A DNA stretch of 64,000 nt, taken from assembly GCA_021613535.1 (NCBI GenBank), contig CP075497.1, forward strand, positions 12,772,001 through 12,836,000, given 5' to 3'. Below, piece by piece: positions 37,816 to 50,465 of the stretch. Both the position numbers and the translations under genes were made by a program. This stretch comes from Adineta vaga (lineage: Eukaryota; Animalia; Rotifera). Positions within the stretch are counted from its first letter, which is position 1, and each line of letters opens with the position of its first letter. The notes below the pieces were generated by a model. It ran no database searches, was not told where the DNA came from, and saw only the letters and a list, made by a program, of their open reading frames with translations.

Positions 37816-39766
37816 TTATTTTTCAACCTTAATTTGATAATGAAGTAAACCAGCAACAGCTGATTGAAAACCAGCATTGTTTTCCACACTAACGATATTT
37901 TTACCACTAGTTTCAGTACGGTCATCTTTATAATCCCAATCATCGAAAGACGATCCACTAACTAAAGCACCCACTAGTAAATAAGGATTTGGATTTGGAT
38001 TATAATATGCTAATTGATTACATGTTGCTGGTAGAGCAGGACATGAACTGTAAAAGACATCAGAGAATATTATCGTATTAGAAAAATATGTTGTTATAAT
38101 TACCTTGCTTGATCAGTAGGTCGTCGAGGATAATTTTGACCAACTCCAACAACAAATGATCGACCAGAATCACCTAATATATAACCGATTTGACGATTAG
38201 TGAAATTAAAATAATTATCCCTATTAACACCAATAGCTCCGGCCTTACAAATAAATATTTTTCTAATCTCTAATTAATTCAAAGAAGTTAGTTCTTTACT
38301 TGTAAAACAACAAAAGCCATATCAACAGTACTTTTCAATGCATTATTACCATTGAAATAAGCAAGGCCTGTGCTTGTTTTACTTGATACACGTAAAATAT
38401 GATCACACGAGCGTTGAACACTTTCACGATATTTTTCTTCGGTGGTAATTTTAGCCATAAGAACTTGAATTTCAACCCTTCTAATATATTGCTGATAAAT
38501 ATTGGATGGAGATTCCTCAGTTATATGTTCAGTATAATATTTTTTAGCATTTAATAGATAATTTTGTTCACGTGTGGCATAAAAAAGCCACATACTAGCC
38601 CATGTCAATGCATATCCTCCATCACTAGATGTAAAGATTAGGTGCCCGCTAGCACAACTCGTTGCATATATATATAATTGTTTAGCATGTCTGATTAATT
38701 TTGACTCATATACATGATCAGATAAACGAAAAACAATCGAAGCAGCAGCTAAAGTAGCAGCGACTTCACCAGGTACAAAAACACTACAATTTTTAATATT
38801 TAGTTTTAATGTTGGCCGTGGTTGTGATGAATCTTCTGGTCTAGACCATCTGTCACTCGTGCTCCCATATGAATATACATCACCAACATATTCATAAAGC
38901 TCATAGTCTTCAACATGTGCCTATAATAAATATAAGAAAAATATTCTTTCTATAGACGATGTATTTTATTCATACCTTCATTAAATAATCAGTTGACCAA
39001 CGAATAGCATCACGAACATATTCTAATTGACCTGCTTTAACATATGCATCTTCATAATCAATTACACCCCATGCTAATGTCGATGTGAATACAGCCATTT
39101 GAGAACTAATTTTGTAGAAATTACTATCCTGAGCAAAATAACCACCAGTTAAATCTTCTCCATTTTTTCCACGATCGTTTAACATCGAATCGCCTCGCCA
39201 ACTAATACGTTTATTAGATGGAAGTCGACCAGATCGTTGTGATTCATAGAAAAGAAGTGAAGCATAAAGTACTGCTCCATAATCATATGTGCCTTTATAC
39301 GTTGATATATTGACGGATTTCGATGGAAATATCGATGAAGGAGAAACAATAATTAAACTAAGATTAACTGGTTGCCCATCAAACGATGCAGTAATTAGAT
39401 TGATTGGTTTAACACCACCATTGGCGACAAATTCAAAGTAATAGGTAGTATTTATTTTGGGAGAATCATCCCACATATAACGACAATATACAAATGTTTG
39501 ATTATTAACATTTTTCGTTAAATTACCGGATGATGTCTATGAATATATATATAAATAATAATTAAAGTATGAATATAAATAGATTAGTAACATACTTGAA
39601 TATTTACTGTCGCATTAAATCCAATTTCAAGTTCCCATAGTTTATGGTCACCTTCAACTGGAATTAATAAAGTTCCTTGAAATCCATCTGGCCATTCTTT
39701 TCCTACTCGTAGAAGACATTCATACAAACCGATAAGAAATGTAATGTAAATTATAAGAAATCTCAT
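37816..39766 (-). CDS. Glycoside hydrolase family 9 (endoglucanase-like) with signal peptide and CBM2-like N-terminus; catalytic motifs degenerate; 5 exons
   Basis: SLLFYESQRSGRLP, WRGDS, DLTGGY, AIRWSTDYLMK, AAASIVF, YILGDSGRSFVVG, LVGALV; the exons splice in frame with no stops. Confidence 0.88.
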
Positions 39767-39843
39767 TTCTATTGTAATACGTGAAAGTTTATAAAGTTAA
39801 GAAGAGGAAAACACAGATTATTTATAGAGCAGATTAACAAAAA

Positions 39844-39999
39844 GAAGAGAAGATTTTATTCATCTATGTTATTATTAGACGGACAAGAACAAGGTTCACT
39901 GGTCTGATTTCACGTGTAGAAGAGAAACTTTATTCAGCTATGTTATTGCTAGACGGACAAGAAAAAGATCAACTAGTTTGATTTCATATGTAGAACAGA
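39844..39999. repeat. 74-bp tandem duplication upstream of the GH9 gene
   Basis: tttattca.ctatgttatt..tagacggacaagaa.aag....actgg/agt.tgatttca..tgtagaa.aga occurs twice. Confidence 0.8.
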
Positions 40000-40047
40000 T
40001 AAATGATGGAAGATTAATATTGCAAAGGGAAATTTTCAAACGATTTA

Positions 40048-40104
40048 TTGAGGATGCAGGTGATGGTGTGTGTTTTTCTGTTATATTCAGACTCACACCG
40101 ACGA
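40048..40104. repeat. Inverted telomere-like hexamer motif
   Basis: TTGAGGA TGCAGG TGATGG TGTGTG-spacer-CAGA CTCACA CCGACGA. Confidence 0.7.
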
Positions 40105-40639
40105 GTTAATCAAAACTCGATATAAATGAATAAAGAATCTTTTTTTCTGGGCTTTGAAATGAAGTCATTTGAAATCTGTCTTATTGAGTTATCGAACATA
40201 GATAAAATTACTATAAGTATATGAGATAGTTCTCTACAATCTCGGAAAAGTTTATTCTATTGAATCAATGCTGAAGAGTAGAAATATTCTGAAGTGACCA
40301 ACCTAGTTATTTTCTTTCATAAACTTTATTTTGTAAGATTGAAAAACTAATTTTCGATAATGAAGAAAAAAAATCATTGAAATATTTATTTATTTCGAAT
40401 AGGAAAAAGAAAAATACTATTTTGTCTGTATATCCTAATATAGACACATCGATGACATTTATCTTTTTTATTATCTCGAAGAAAATATAAGCCATATATC
40501 TGAGTGTCGCACGATAAATATTTTCTTCTCTTCTAATATATCCATTGCGATTATTTCTAGGATACAAGAAACGACCAACAACATTGTATTTTTATCAATA
40601 AAGATAAAAGTAATAAAAGAAAAAAGTATTCAAATTCAA

Positions 40640-41602
40640 ATGATTTATTTATTTCTTTTTACAATATGTTATTTCTTACAAATAATTCAAACTCAAAATA
40701 TAAATATGATCAATTCTAAATCTCTATGGTTAAATCTTCCTTCTACACCATCTCTTCCATCACCGAATCAAGGTCATTCTATTGAAATAAATAATCATCG
40801 TATTTGGTACAATATTTATGGAAGATCAACAAATCCACCAGTACTTTTTCTTCATGGTGGTTTAGCTAATAGTGATTATTGGGCATTACAAATCGAAGAA
40901 TTACAATCTGAATATCAATGTATTGTTATGGATTCGCGTGGACATGGAAGAAGTTCAGGCTTATTATCAACAGAAAATCTTTCATATGATTTAATGACAT
41001 CGGATGTAATTGCTTTATTAGATCATCTTCATTTTGATAAAGTTCATTTGATTGGTTGGAGTGATGGAGCGAATATTGGTCTTAATTTAGCAATGAATTT
41101 TCCTCAAAGATTATTTTCATTATTTTCATTTGGTGCAAATTATAAATCAGGTGAAAGTGATACACCGATTCCACCCTTGTTTTTGACTTATCTTCAAAGA
41201 GTAGAAATTGAATATAAAAAAACTCATTCAGATGAAGAATATCAAATTCTATTTGGAACTTTATTAAAAATGTGGGCAAGTTCGAATTTAACTAAAAATG
41301 ATTTTGATAGAATTCCTTTTGATTTACCAATTTGGATTGTTTGTGGTGATCATGATGAAGTTATTCCTCGAGAACAAACTGATACAATGTTTAAATGGAT
41401 TATTCAATCAGGTCAATTAATTTTACCTCGAACAAGTCATTTTGCATTTTTACAAGATCCACAAATGTTTAATTTAATACTTAAACAATTTTTAAATGAA
41501 AATACAAATTCTTCAACGAATTTATTAAATTGTTCAAATTTTTTAAATCATTCATTGAATGCTTTTATTTTCATATTTATCCTTCGATTGTTATTTCAAT
41601 AA
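40640..41602 (+). CDS. Alpha/beta-fold hydrolase, bacterial-type, intronless, with signal peptide and GPI-like C-terminal tail
   Basis: LHGGLAN, DSRGHGRS, GWSDG nucleophile elbow, GDHD, SHF; hydrophobic N- and C-termini. Confidence 0.9.
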   Translation: MIYLFLFTICYFLQIIQTQNINMINSKSLWLNLPSTPSLPSPNQGHSIEINNHRIWYNIYGRSTNPPVLFLHGGLANSDYWALQIEELQSEYQCIVMDSRGHGRSSGLLSTENLSYDLMTSDVIALLDHLHFDKVHLIGWSDGANIGLNLAMNFPQRLFSLFSFGANYKSGESDTPIPPLFLTYLQRVEIEYKKTHSDEEYQILFGTLLKMWASSNLTKNDFDRIPFDLPIWIVCGDHDEVIPREQTDTMFKWIIQSGQLILPRTSHFAFLQDPQMFNLILKQFLNENTNSSTNLLNCSNFLNHSLNAFIFIFILRLLFQ

Positions 41603-41771
41603 AACTATCAAAAATGAAAGAAAAATAAATTGAATATTTTCGTCGAAATTTATTTTTCGGAGATAAAAATTGAAAGAAAAATCGGTTAGTATTCATATTG
41701 TCAAAAGAAATTTTATTGTTAAGGAAAAGTTAAAAATATGTTTATTTTCTAGGGCGAATATTGTCATTGAT

Positions 41772-42793
41772 TCAGTGGGTTTTATTAGTTAAAGATGATT
41801 GTCCATAATCGACTGATTGTGGTTTTGTTTGTTGACCTTGGGAAATTGTTGATGATTTTACAGAACGTGATCGAATTGAAAATTTATTTTCACTTTGTCT
41901 TGTTGAATTACTTGATTGAATTGAACTATTTCGTTCTTGAGATCGACATCTTTCAGTGGATTTTTTATTTGAACCTTTATTAAAAAATGAAAATTTCATT
42001 TGTTTACAGAATATATTATCGAATTACTTAATGAAGCACGAGAACGTTGAGATTGACCGATATTTGGTAATTTGTTATTTTCTGTTTGAAAAGGAACTTC
42101 AACAACAAGAACATTATCTAAAGTTATATGAGAATTCATCTTTGTAATATCTAAATCAAGAAATCAATCAATAGAAAAGAGAATTTAAATTAAAAGAACA
42201 GTTTTACCCGCTTGTTTAGGTAAATCATAACTTTTTTTAAATTGTCGTATATAAAAATCTCCATCATCTTGTCGATCTTCTTGATTTGCTTCGACCACAA
42301 CTTTTCCACCATCAATTTTCGTTTTAATTGTCTCACGATCAAATCCATTGACACTCAAATGAATACAAAATTTATCCGAATTTGCCACTTTGGTTGTTGA
42401 TTTCGTACTTTTCTTTGTATTATTCGTTGTCGCTGATTTCACCGATCCAGCTTTTGATTGTGCAGGTTTAACACTTTTGTCATTACTATTTGATGCAACT
42501 GATATCACCGATCCAACTTTGGATTGTGTTGATTTAACATTATTATCATTATTATTATTTGATGCAGCTGATATCGCCGACTCAACTTTTGATTGTGCTG
42601 TTTTAACACTTTTGTCATTATTATTTGTTGCAGTTTTTTCTGTTTCCGGTGTCGTCGACTTACATTGTAAGATATTTGTTTGAAAACAAATCTTTTGTGG
42701 AATTATATTAATACAATCGAATGGATCAAAGAAATCAAGTTTAATACAAGGATTGTCACAAATTGAATAAGCAACAATTTGACATAGAGCCAT
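41772..42793 (-). CDS. HSP20/alpha-crystallin domain protein with S/K/N-rich internal repeats and tail, 2 exons
   Basis: DKFCIHLSVNGFDRETIKTKIDGGKVVVEA..RQFKKSYDLP, intron about 42207-42151, then DITKMNSHITLDNVLVVEVP in frame into ORF 41772-41999. Confidence 0.85.
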
Positions 42794-43619
42794 GATGATC
42801 TTGTGGTTTGAAAAACAAATGTTGTCGATGAAATGTTTTGTTTAGATACAAAGAACACATATTTATATATGTGGTCTCTTCATTTACGTCAAAAGTTAAT
42901 GAAGTGTAACTTTTTATTTCAAAAGTTATCAAATATTGATTTTGATTGTTTGTGTATATCATGCTTTGTTTTTTCTTTTTTGTTGAAAATGTAAACGACG
43001 AGAACGAATATAGTGGAAATTCAAGAAAAATAAATTAGTTTTTTTTTTCATTTAACAAATGTTTCATTAATATCGCGCTTCATTATCGACACCGCAGATT
43101 TTTATGAAAATGAGGTTTTTTTAAAAAAAAACAAAGATGGAAAGAAATATGAGAATAGATGATATTAGTTAACATTTTTTACATCTACGGTCTAATATTG
43201 ATTGAACCCTCGAACATGTTTACACTTTGCATAGAATATTTTGAAAAAACAATTTCAAAGAAGGACAAATTTAATTGAGAAAATAATTATACTCAACATT
43301 TTCAATCTTAGATTACTAAATTCAAAATATTTGTAATGTTTTCGTTTGTTTTTATTGATCAATTGCATTTACATCGTCAAGATTGAAAGTGAAAACAAAA
43401 TTCTTAGGAAAATTGCAGAGATGTAATATGAAGTCGGGGGTATATATGAAGCAAATGAGTAAAATGTTAATCAAAGCAAACTTATTAAATTTTCAGGTAA
43501 AATATTGAGACAAATTACCATATAATTAAAATACTATTCTTTGAGATTCTTATCGATACAACAGATATATTTATTCATCAAAATTATCTACAAAACCAAG
43601 ATCTAACTTTTTATCATTA

Positions 43620-43677
43620 GAGTGTGGGTGAGGGTGAATGTGGATAAGAAAAAGACATTCACCCTCACCCTTAACAC
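43620..43677. repeat. Inverted telomere-like hexamer motif (16-bp perfect stem)
   Basis: GGGTGAGGGTGAATGT (43626-43641) / ACATTCACCCTCACCC (43655-43670). Confidence 0.9.
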
Positions 43678-44084
43678 AACATACAATGTATCAGCTCGAG
43701 ATTTCAAAAAGCAAGATATTTATTAGATTACGTAGATATCAACAATAAGTAAATCATTAAGTAAACATTCTATTGCAATAGATATATTTTACCTCCAACT
43801 GATTTTTTACTCTTTGATATGGATCATTAATCTTATTTTTATATTTTTATGAAAATAAGTAATACAAACGAAACATATTCATTTTATCTAGCGACAAAAC
43901 GCACATGCTTAATCTGAATTGTATGTTTGTCTTTTTTGCGTTCGTTTTTCTGTGTTTCACATCATTATGAATATTTGTTTTTTTCTTTCTGCGATTGCTT
44001 CATGCATATCATTTTATTCGATTTCATTGATTGATCATTAATTTAAAAGTATTATTTATAGTTGTCTTTTTTTGTTTAAGAATA

Positions 44085-46067
44085 ATGAATGCAGTTATTG
44101 CGAATGGTCCTAAGGATTATCAATTTGTCGATAATAAATCGATACCAATTTTAAAAGATGGAGAAATTTTAGTCAAAGTATTGGCAACGGGAATTTGTAA
44201 GTATTTTTTGTTCGATTTCTTGTTTTTTTTCATGTTCTTCTTTTTGTTGTAGGTGGTTCTGACCTGAAAATGTACGAAGGAACTCCATTTTATTGGGGTG
44301 TTGGTGGACGTGCACGATCAGGAGTTATTCCTGGTCATGAATTTGTTGGTCAAATCGTAGAAATTGATCCACAAATTGCTCTGACTGAATCATTATCAAT
44401 TGGTGATGTAGTTGTTGCTGAACAACTTTTAGTCTGTCGCAATCAATGTTGGTACTGTAAAAATGGTATGGAACATAAATGTGAGAAATTAACTATTTAT
44501 GGTCAAGGTGTTGATGGTAGTATGGCTGAATATATGATCTATCAAAAAGGTTCTTTTCTACATAAAGTTCCTAAGAACATGTCACCCATCTACGCAGTAC
44601 TAGCTGAGCCTTTGGCTGTATCTATACGTGCAATGGATCGAGCTTCATTGAAAGAAACAGATCTGGTAGAATCATATTTATTTTTCTAGACTTTTCATCA
44701 TTGTACTTTAGGTCGTAATATCTGGTTGTGGAACCATTGGATTAGGTGTTGTTGCAGCGATTCATACATACTTTCCTCAAATATCAATGGTTGTTCTCGA
44801 TTATCTTCAATTTAAACTCGATCAAGCTCGATTAATTTCAAAAAATTGTTCGACATTTAATTTATCCGACACTACTGTTGCTTCAATAGTTGATATTGTA
44901 CGTAAAATGTCTGGTGAACGTAAAGGTGCAGACGTCTTTTTCGAATGTTCAGGTTCACCACATTCAATTAAAGTGGGTTTTGATTTTCTTCGTGCTTGTG
45001 GAACTTTTCTTCATGTGGGCATTTGTAAAGAAATCTTAGTTGAAGCTCCATGGAATGTGATTTCAGCTGGAAAAGAATTGAATATAATTGGTACTAATTT
45101 AGGTCGACATGGTTGGTCACGTGCATTCGATATTCTTCAACAATGTGATCTATCTGCCATGATTACTCATCGAATTCCTTTAAACGATTATACCAAAGGA
45201 TTCAATTTACTCAATGTTGGAATTAAAATTGTTCTCGATCCAACTTTACCTTTATCATCTCCTTCTACAATACCAAAATTGCTCGAATCCGCATCAAATG
45301 ATAATCATCAAAGTTTTCCAATTAAAGATAGCGTTGTCTTTATTACACAATCTTCACATGGAATTGGACGTGCAATTGCCATTGCATTTGCTAAACAAGG
45401 TGCAACTGTTATTCTACATGGTACACATCATGATAGTCCCAGTGAATTCAATGAAGGTACAACGATGACGAATTTGAATAAAGAAATAGTAAAAGAAACC
45501 AATAATAATCAAATATCATGTGTATGGGGTCGTTTAACAACAAAAGAAAGTCTTCAAGCTGTTCTTGCACAGATTGAACATCCAGTCGATGTTCTTATTT
45601 GCTGTGATGGAGAAAAGATTCATGTGAATCAATTAAATACTCATACAAATGGTAAATCAAATGAAAATACATGTTTGGCAATTAGCGAAGGTGATGCAAG
45701 ATTGATTTTCGAACAAAACTTTTGGTCAACACAACTTATCTGTCAAGCAATTATTCCACAAATGATTAAAAGACATCGAGGACAAGTTATCCTCATAGGT
45801 TCATCATTAGGAATGATGGAACAAGAAGAATATGCTCTTTATACTGCATCAAAAGCAGCCTTATATCAATATATGCGATATCTAGCTAATGAATCGAACT
45901 CAAACGGTATTAGAATCAATTGTATCGCACCTGGATCAATCTTATCGAAAAAAGACGAAAAAAATATAGATAAAATTACAGATGCAGTAACTTATTTACT
46001 CAATATGAAATTTATTAATGGACAAGTTATTCGAATTGATGCTGGAGAACAAACAAGTTGCTGTTAA
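44085..46067 (+). CDS. Zn-dependent polyol/alcohol dehydrogenase (MDR) fused to a short-chain dehydrogenase/reductase (SDR), 3 exons
   Basis: Exons 44085-44196, 44253-44666 and 44712-46067 give GICGSD, GHEFVG, C..CWYC..C, GCGTIG, then TQSSHGIGRAIA, YTASK, INCIAPG, INGQVIRIDAG. Confidence 0.88.
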
Positions 46068-46087
46068 AAGTTCTATTAAATTGTTCA

Positions 46088-47155
46088 TTAAGATGCAGGA
46101 TGACATGTTTTTTGTTCTAATATTTTTTGTAATTCAGCAAATTGTAACATCAAATCTTCGATTGTTTTTTGAAAATGAATATATGTAACACCTAATTCCT
46201 TTTGTGCTTTAGAACTATCGATAGTATAATGTTCGGATAATTGTTGACCTTTTGTACCATACGGCGTTGTATCTTTGATACTTTTTGGAATAATAGCACT
46301 TTCATGAACAATATCAACTATTCTTTGATTATTCCAAGCTCCTGCTGCTATAAGATATCGTTCATTTGTATCAATTATTCGTTCTAACGCGGCAATATGC
46401 GTATAAGCTACATCTCGTACATCAACTTCCATCGGTACTCGTGCGTCAGGAATTTGAGCATCATGACCACTGGTAATTAGAGACCAAATTGAAAGATTCG
46501 ATGTACGTATATCATCTAATGATTTAAAACCACGAACAGATGGACCAAAAATCATTGGTTCACATATAGTTGCAATAGTAAACGAAGGTTTTTCTTTCTC
46601 CATAAATTCCCAAGCAGCACGTTCAGCACATACTTTCGATGCACGATAAGCCGTATGTATCTCATCGTTTGCAGCAATACCTTGTTCATATGTTAATGGA
46701 CTCCAATCTTTTTCCGTAAAAGAATAACCTGGACGTACTATTTTACTTGGATCAAAAATTGCTGCAAATGATGAGGTAATAACAATTCGTCGAATTTGAT
46801 GTTGATTATTTTGATTATACTGATGAGCTGATTGTAAAATTCCTTTAGTTCCATTAATTGCTGGTTGAAGTAAATCTTTTTCTGGATTTGTTGTATTTAA
46901 ATTTAATGGTGAAGCAACATGAATAATACCATCAACACCTTGAACAATTTCATCGAATGAATCAGTACTTATATCATTCATATATACGAATGAAATTTGT
47001 TTTTGATATTCATTTGGAATATTATCGAGTACTTGTTGTTCTTTTGTTTGAGATCGAACTGTTCCACGAATATGATATCCTTTTTCAAGAAGATATTTTA
47101 TAATCCAACCAGCAATAAAAGAATTCGCACCAGTGACAAGAATCACTTTGGACAT
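46088..47155 (-). CDS. NAD(P)-dependent epimerase/dehydratase family, GRE2-like aldehyde reductase, intronless
   Basis: LVTGANSFIA, IHVASP, PAINGT, ITSSFAA, YRASK..AERAAWEF, VDVRDVA. Confidence 0.9.
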   Translation of the reverse strand: MSKVILVTGANSFIAGWIIKYLLEKGYHIRGTVRSQTKEQQVLDNIPNEYQKQISFVYMNDISTDSFDEIVQGVDGIIHVASPLNLNTTNPEKDLLQPAINGTKGILQSAHQYNQNNQHQIRRIVITSSFAAIFDPSKIVRPGYSFTEKDWSPLTYEQGIAANDEIHTAYRASKVCAERAAWEFMEKEKPSFTIATICEPMIFGPSVRGFKSLDDIRTSNLSIWSLITSGHDAQIPDARVPMEVDVRDVAYTHIAALERIIDTNERYLIAAGAWNNQRIVDIVHESAIIPKSIKDTTPYGTKGQQLSEHYTIDSSKAQKELGVTYIHFQKTIEDLMLQFAELQKILEQKTCHPAS

Positions 47156-47325
47156 TGTACTCCAAATTTATGTAAAGGAATATATGATTTATCTGTTCTA
47201 TAATACAAATAAAATCAAGCCATATTATACACGTGTTAAAGAAATGAAACGAAAAAGAAAAAAACATGTCTATGTTGTTTGTTATAGAATACCATTTTAT
47301 TAAAAGAAACTACAAAAGACATGAG

Positions 47326-49626
47326 CTATTTACGCCAGAATGTATACTGAACTGGTAATGAAAATAAGATGAATAAAGAGATTTCAATAAGTAGAATAAT
47401 TACTAAATTTATATTTAATATCCATTTAATTAACGAACGTTCTCCACGATGTTGTAACATCATATCGGGTTCATCGTTTTCTTTCTTGTTTCTCATTTCT
47501 AGTTGAGTATCATGTGATGATTCGTTAGCACTACCATCATCCAAACCACAAAACCATGACCAACATGATTTCAAAAGTACAAACATATTACAACCTTTGC
47601 TTTTCTCTATATGATTTGTTTGTCCAAGATTCGTATGAAGACTTTCAATATCACCATCATCATTTCGATTGAGTAGTGATGTTTCCACCTCGATTGGTAA
47701 TGGTGAATGAATATCGTTAGAATTAGTTGGTTGACTAAAATAAAATAAAAATGTTTACTTGTTCATATTCAATCTTTCATAAACGAATTCTTTACCTAAC
47801 AATGGAAGTTTTGTTCTCAGCAGTATCAACCATTTGTTCAAGTTCTGAAGCTGATTTTTGTTGATTTTTTGTCCAAAATGTTGTTCGATATAATTGTTCT
47901 TTTGTTGGTGGTTCTGTACATAATGAAACAATAACACAAGTCAATAAAGTTAACCAAAATAAAAATAATGAATAATACATAAAATTAACTTTTCTAACTA
48001 GCCAAAATCTGGTGTCGTTTTCTCCACAAAGTGGTGGTTGTTTAGAAAATTCAAGTATCATTCTTAATAAACCAAAAACAAAACCAATCATTAATCCAGC
48101 AAATGCTCCACGTTCATTTGTACGTGTCCATAATATTGCTAATAAATAAACACAAGCAATCGGTGGTGCTAAGAATCCGATTACTTGTTGCATATAAGTA
48201 TACAATTCGACACCTTGTAATTGTATAACAACTGGTATCCATGCAATACCAATTGCTGTCATTAAAAGAACAAAAAGACGACCAACAATCATTAATTCTC
48301 GATTCGTTATATTTTTTCGACGATAACAAAAGACATTTGGATAAATATCAACTGTAAAAATTGTACTAGCTGAATTAAATATTGATGTTAAACCTGATAT
48401 TAATGCTGCAAGCATAATAGCTAACATAATACCTTTAACACCGTGTGGTAAAATATTTAATACTAATGTTGGATAAGCCACATTAGTACAACGTCGTTCA
48501 TTATAACATATCGATTTACAAATCGATGGTTGATTACATGCGACAATATCTGGATATAAGATTCGACTTATCATTCCAGGGAAAATAATCATAAAGATTG
48601 GAAGAATTTTTAAATAACCAGCTAATAATGTACCACCACGAGCATGTGAAATTGAGCGTGCAGCTAAAGCACGTTGAACCATCATTTGATCAGAACACCA
48701 AAACCTAAAAACGAACTGAAGAATTGACTTTTTTTTTAAATTTAATTCTATATTTACCAGATTGTATTTGGTGTATGTCCAAGAAGAAAACCTAACCAAG
48801 GCATCTCTGAATCCGATGCTGATCTTAACATTTGAAATGATTTTAATGTTGGTTTCATACATGTATTCATTACACTATTTGTAATATTTCCCATTTGTTT
48901 ATCGTCAATTATCGATGGCATCGCATTTAAATATTGTCTATATATTTCTGGTATTCCACCTACTTTTTCATAAGATAAAATCATTAATATAAATCCTCCA
49001 ATAATCATAATTATTGCTTGAATTGTATCAGTATACATAACACTTGCTAAACCACCCGATACTGTACAAATCGCAGTTAAACTTAAAACAAATAAAACAC
49101 TTAAATATAAATTCCATTGAAAAGCATAATTAAGAAATAATGATGCAGCATAGATATTGACACTTATTTTTGTTAAAATATAAAGTAAAAGATAAAGACA
49201 AGCAATATATATTCGTATACGTTGTCCACCAAATCTTCGACTCATATATTCTGGTAATGTTGATACACCAGTCGCAACAAAAACAGGTAAAAATACCCAA
49301 CCAAGTATTTGTAGAACTCCAAGTGAATGTAATTCAAATGCACCAGCACTTATTCCTACAAAGAATAAATACAAAAACTAAATATTTATTAAATTTTTAC
49401 CTTTAGCAGCACCAGCACTTGCTAAACCAATAAAATGTTCAGCACCAATATTTGAGGCAAATAAACTTGCTCCAATACAAAACCATGACATTTGTCTATT
49501 GGCAAGAAAATAGCCTTTTACTGTTGAACGATTATGTTTAAACATTGAATAAAAACCTCCGCCAATTAATAAAATACAATAAATTATTAAGATTATAACA
49601 TCAAAATAACTTAATTGATTATTCAT
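47326..49626 (-). CDS. Sodium:solute symporter (SLC5; SGLT/SMIT-like), 4 exons
   Basis: YFLANR, ASLFASNIGAEHFIGLA, RFGGQRIR, GGLASVMYTD, WCSDQMMVQRAL, FNSASTIFTVDIY. Confidence 0.93.
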
Positions 49627-50054
49627 GGTTGTTGTATATAAGAAATCAATTTGAAACTAAAAAAGAAATGATATTAATCTTAAATAGTCAAAGGGCGATA
49701 TTTATTTGTTTTCTTGTGCAATTACTTTTAATGTTGATGTATGTATCTTATATTACTCGTTAAAATGCAATGTTTATATGACTTCACAAAAAAATGCACA
49801 TTTTATGGCAAAATATATATGTATAAATTTTCTTCAAGGTAATATATTTATATAGCAGAATGAGAAAAAAAGTCATTGAAGTATGAATATGCAAAAGAAA
49901 AAAATCAATCAGAAATAAATGTTTGCTTTTTATGACTGTATATCGCATTAATTTCCATCATTTACATGAAATTTAATTAAGTTAGTATTATAGAATAATC
50001 TTTTCAAATTTAATCTAACTTTTCTATACGCATAGTAAATTACTTCTCAATATT

Positions 50055-50110
50055 TTCAGGGTATAGGTGTGAGTTAAATTGAAAGAATATACCCTCACCA
50101 ATACCGTCAA
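50055..50110. repeat. Inverted telomere-like hexamer motif
   Basis: TTCAGGG TATAGG TGTGAG-spacer-A CCCTCA CCAATA CCGTCAA. Confidence 0.8.
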
Positions 50111-50465
50111 AAGATGAAATTTCAAAAGACAGAACGATTTCTAACTCCATCTACTTGCATTTTTCAGATTTTAATCTTTTGAGAAATGTTTTAAGTCTAT
50201 ATTTTAGATAGTATATGTTTCTGTGAATTGAAAAATGAATAAAGTTGATTTTAACCGCACACATTTTTAATTGGTTTTAGTAGAGAATAAAATAATTTAT
50301 ATATTACCAAATAGAACGAAAACAAATCGATATGAGTAAAACGTTTTTCATTTTCATGTTCTACCTTTACAATTATAAACAGACGGTAAGTACATTTTTT
50401 ATTTGTATCATGTTTATTTGTGCGATGAAAATATACTTCTGATTCATAGAAGAAGATTTAAGATA

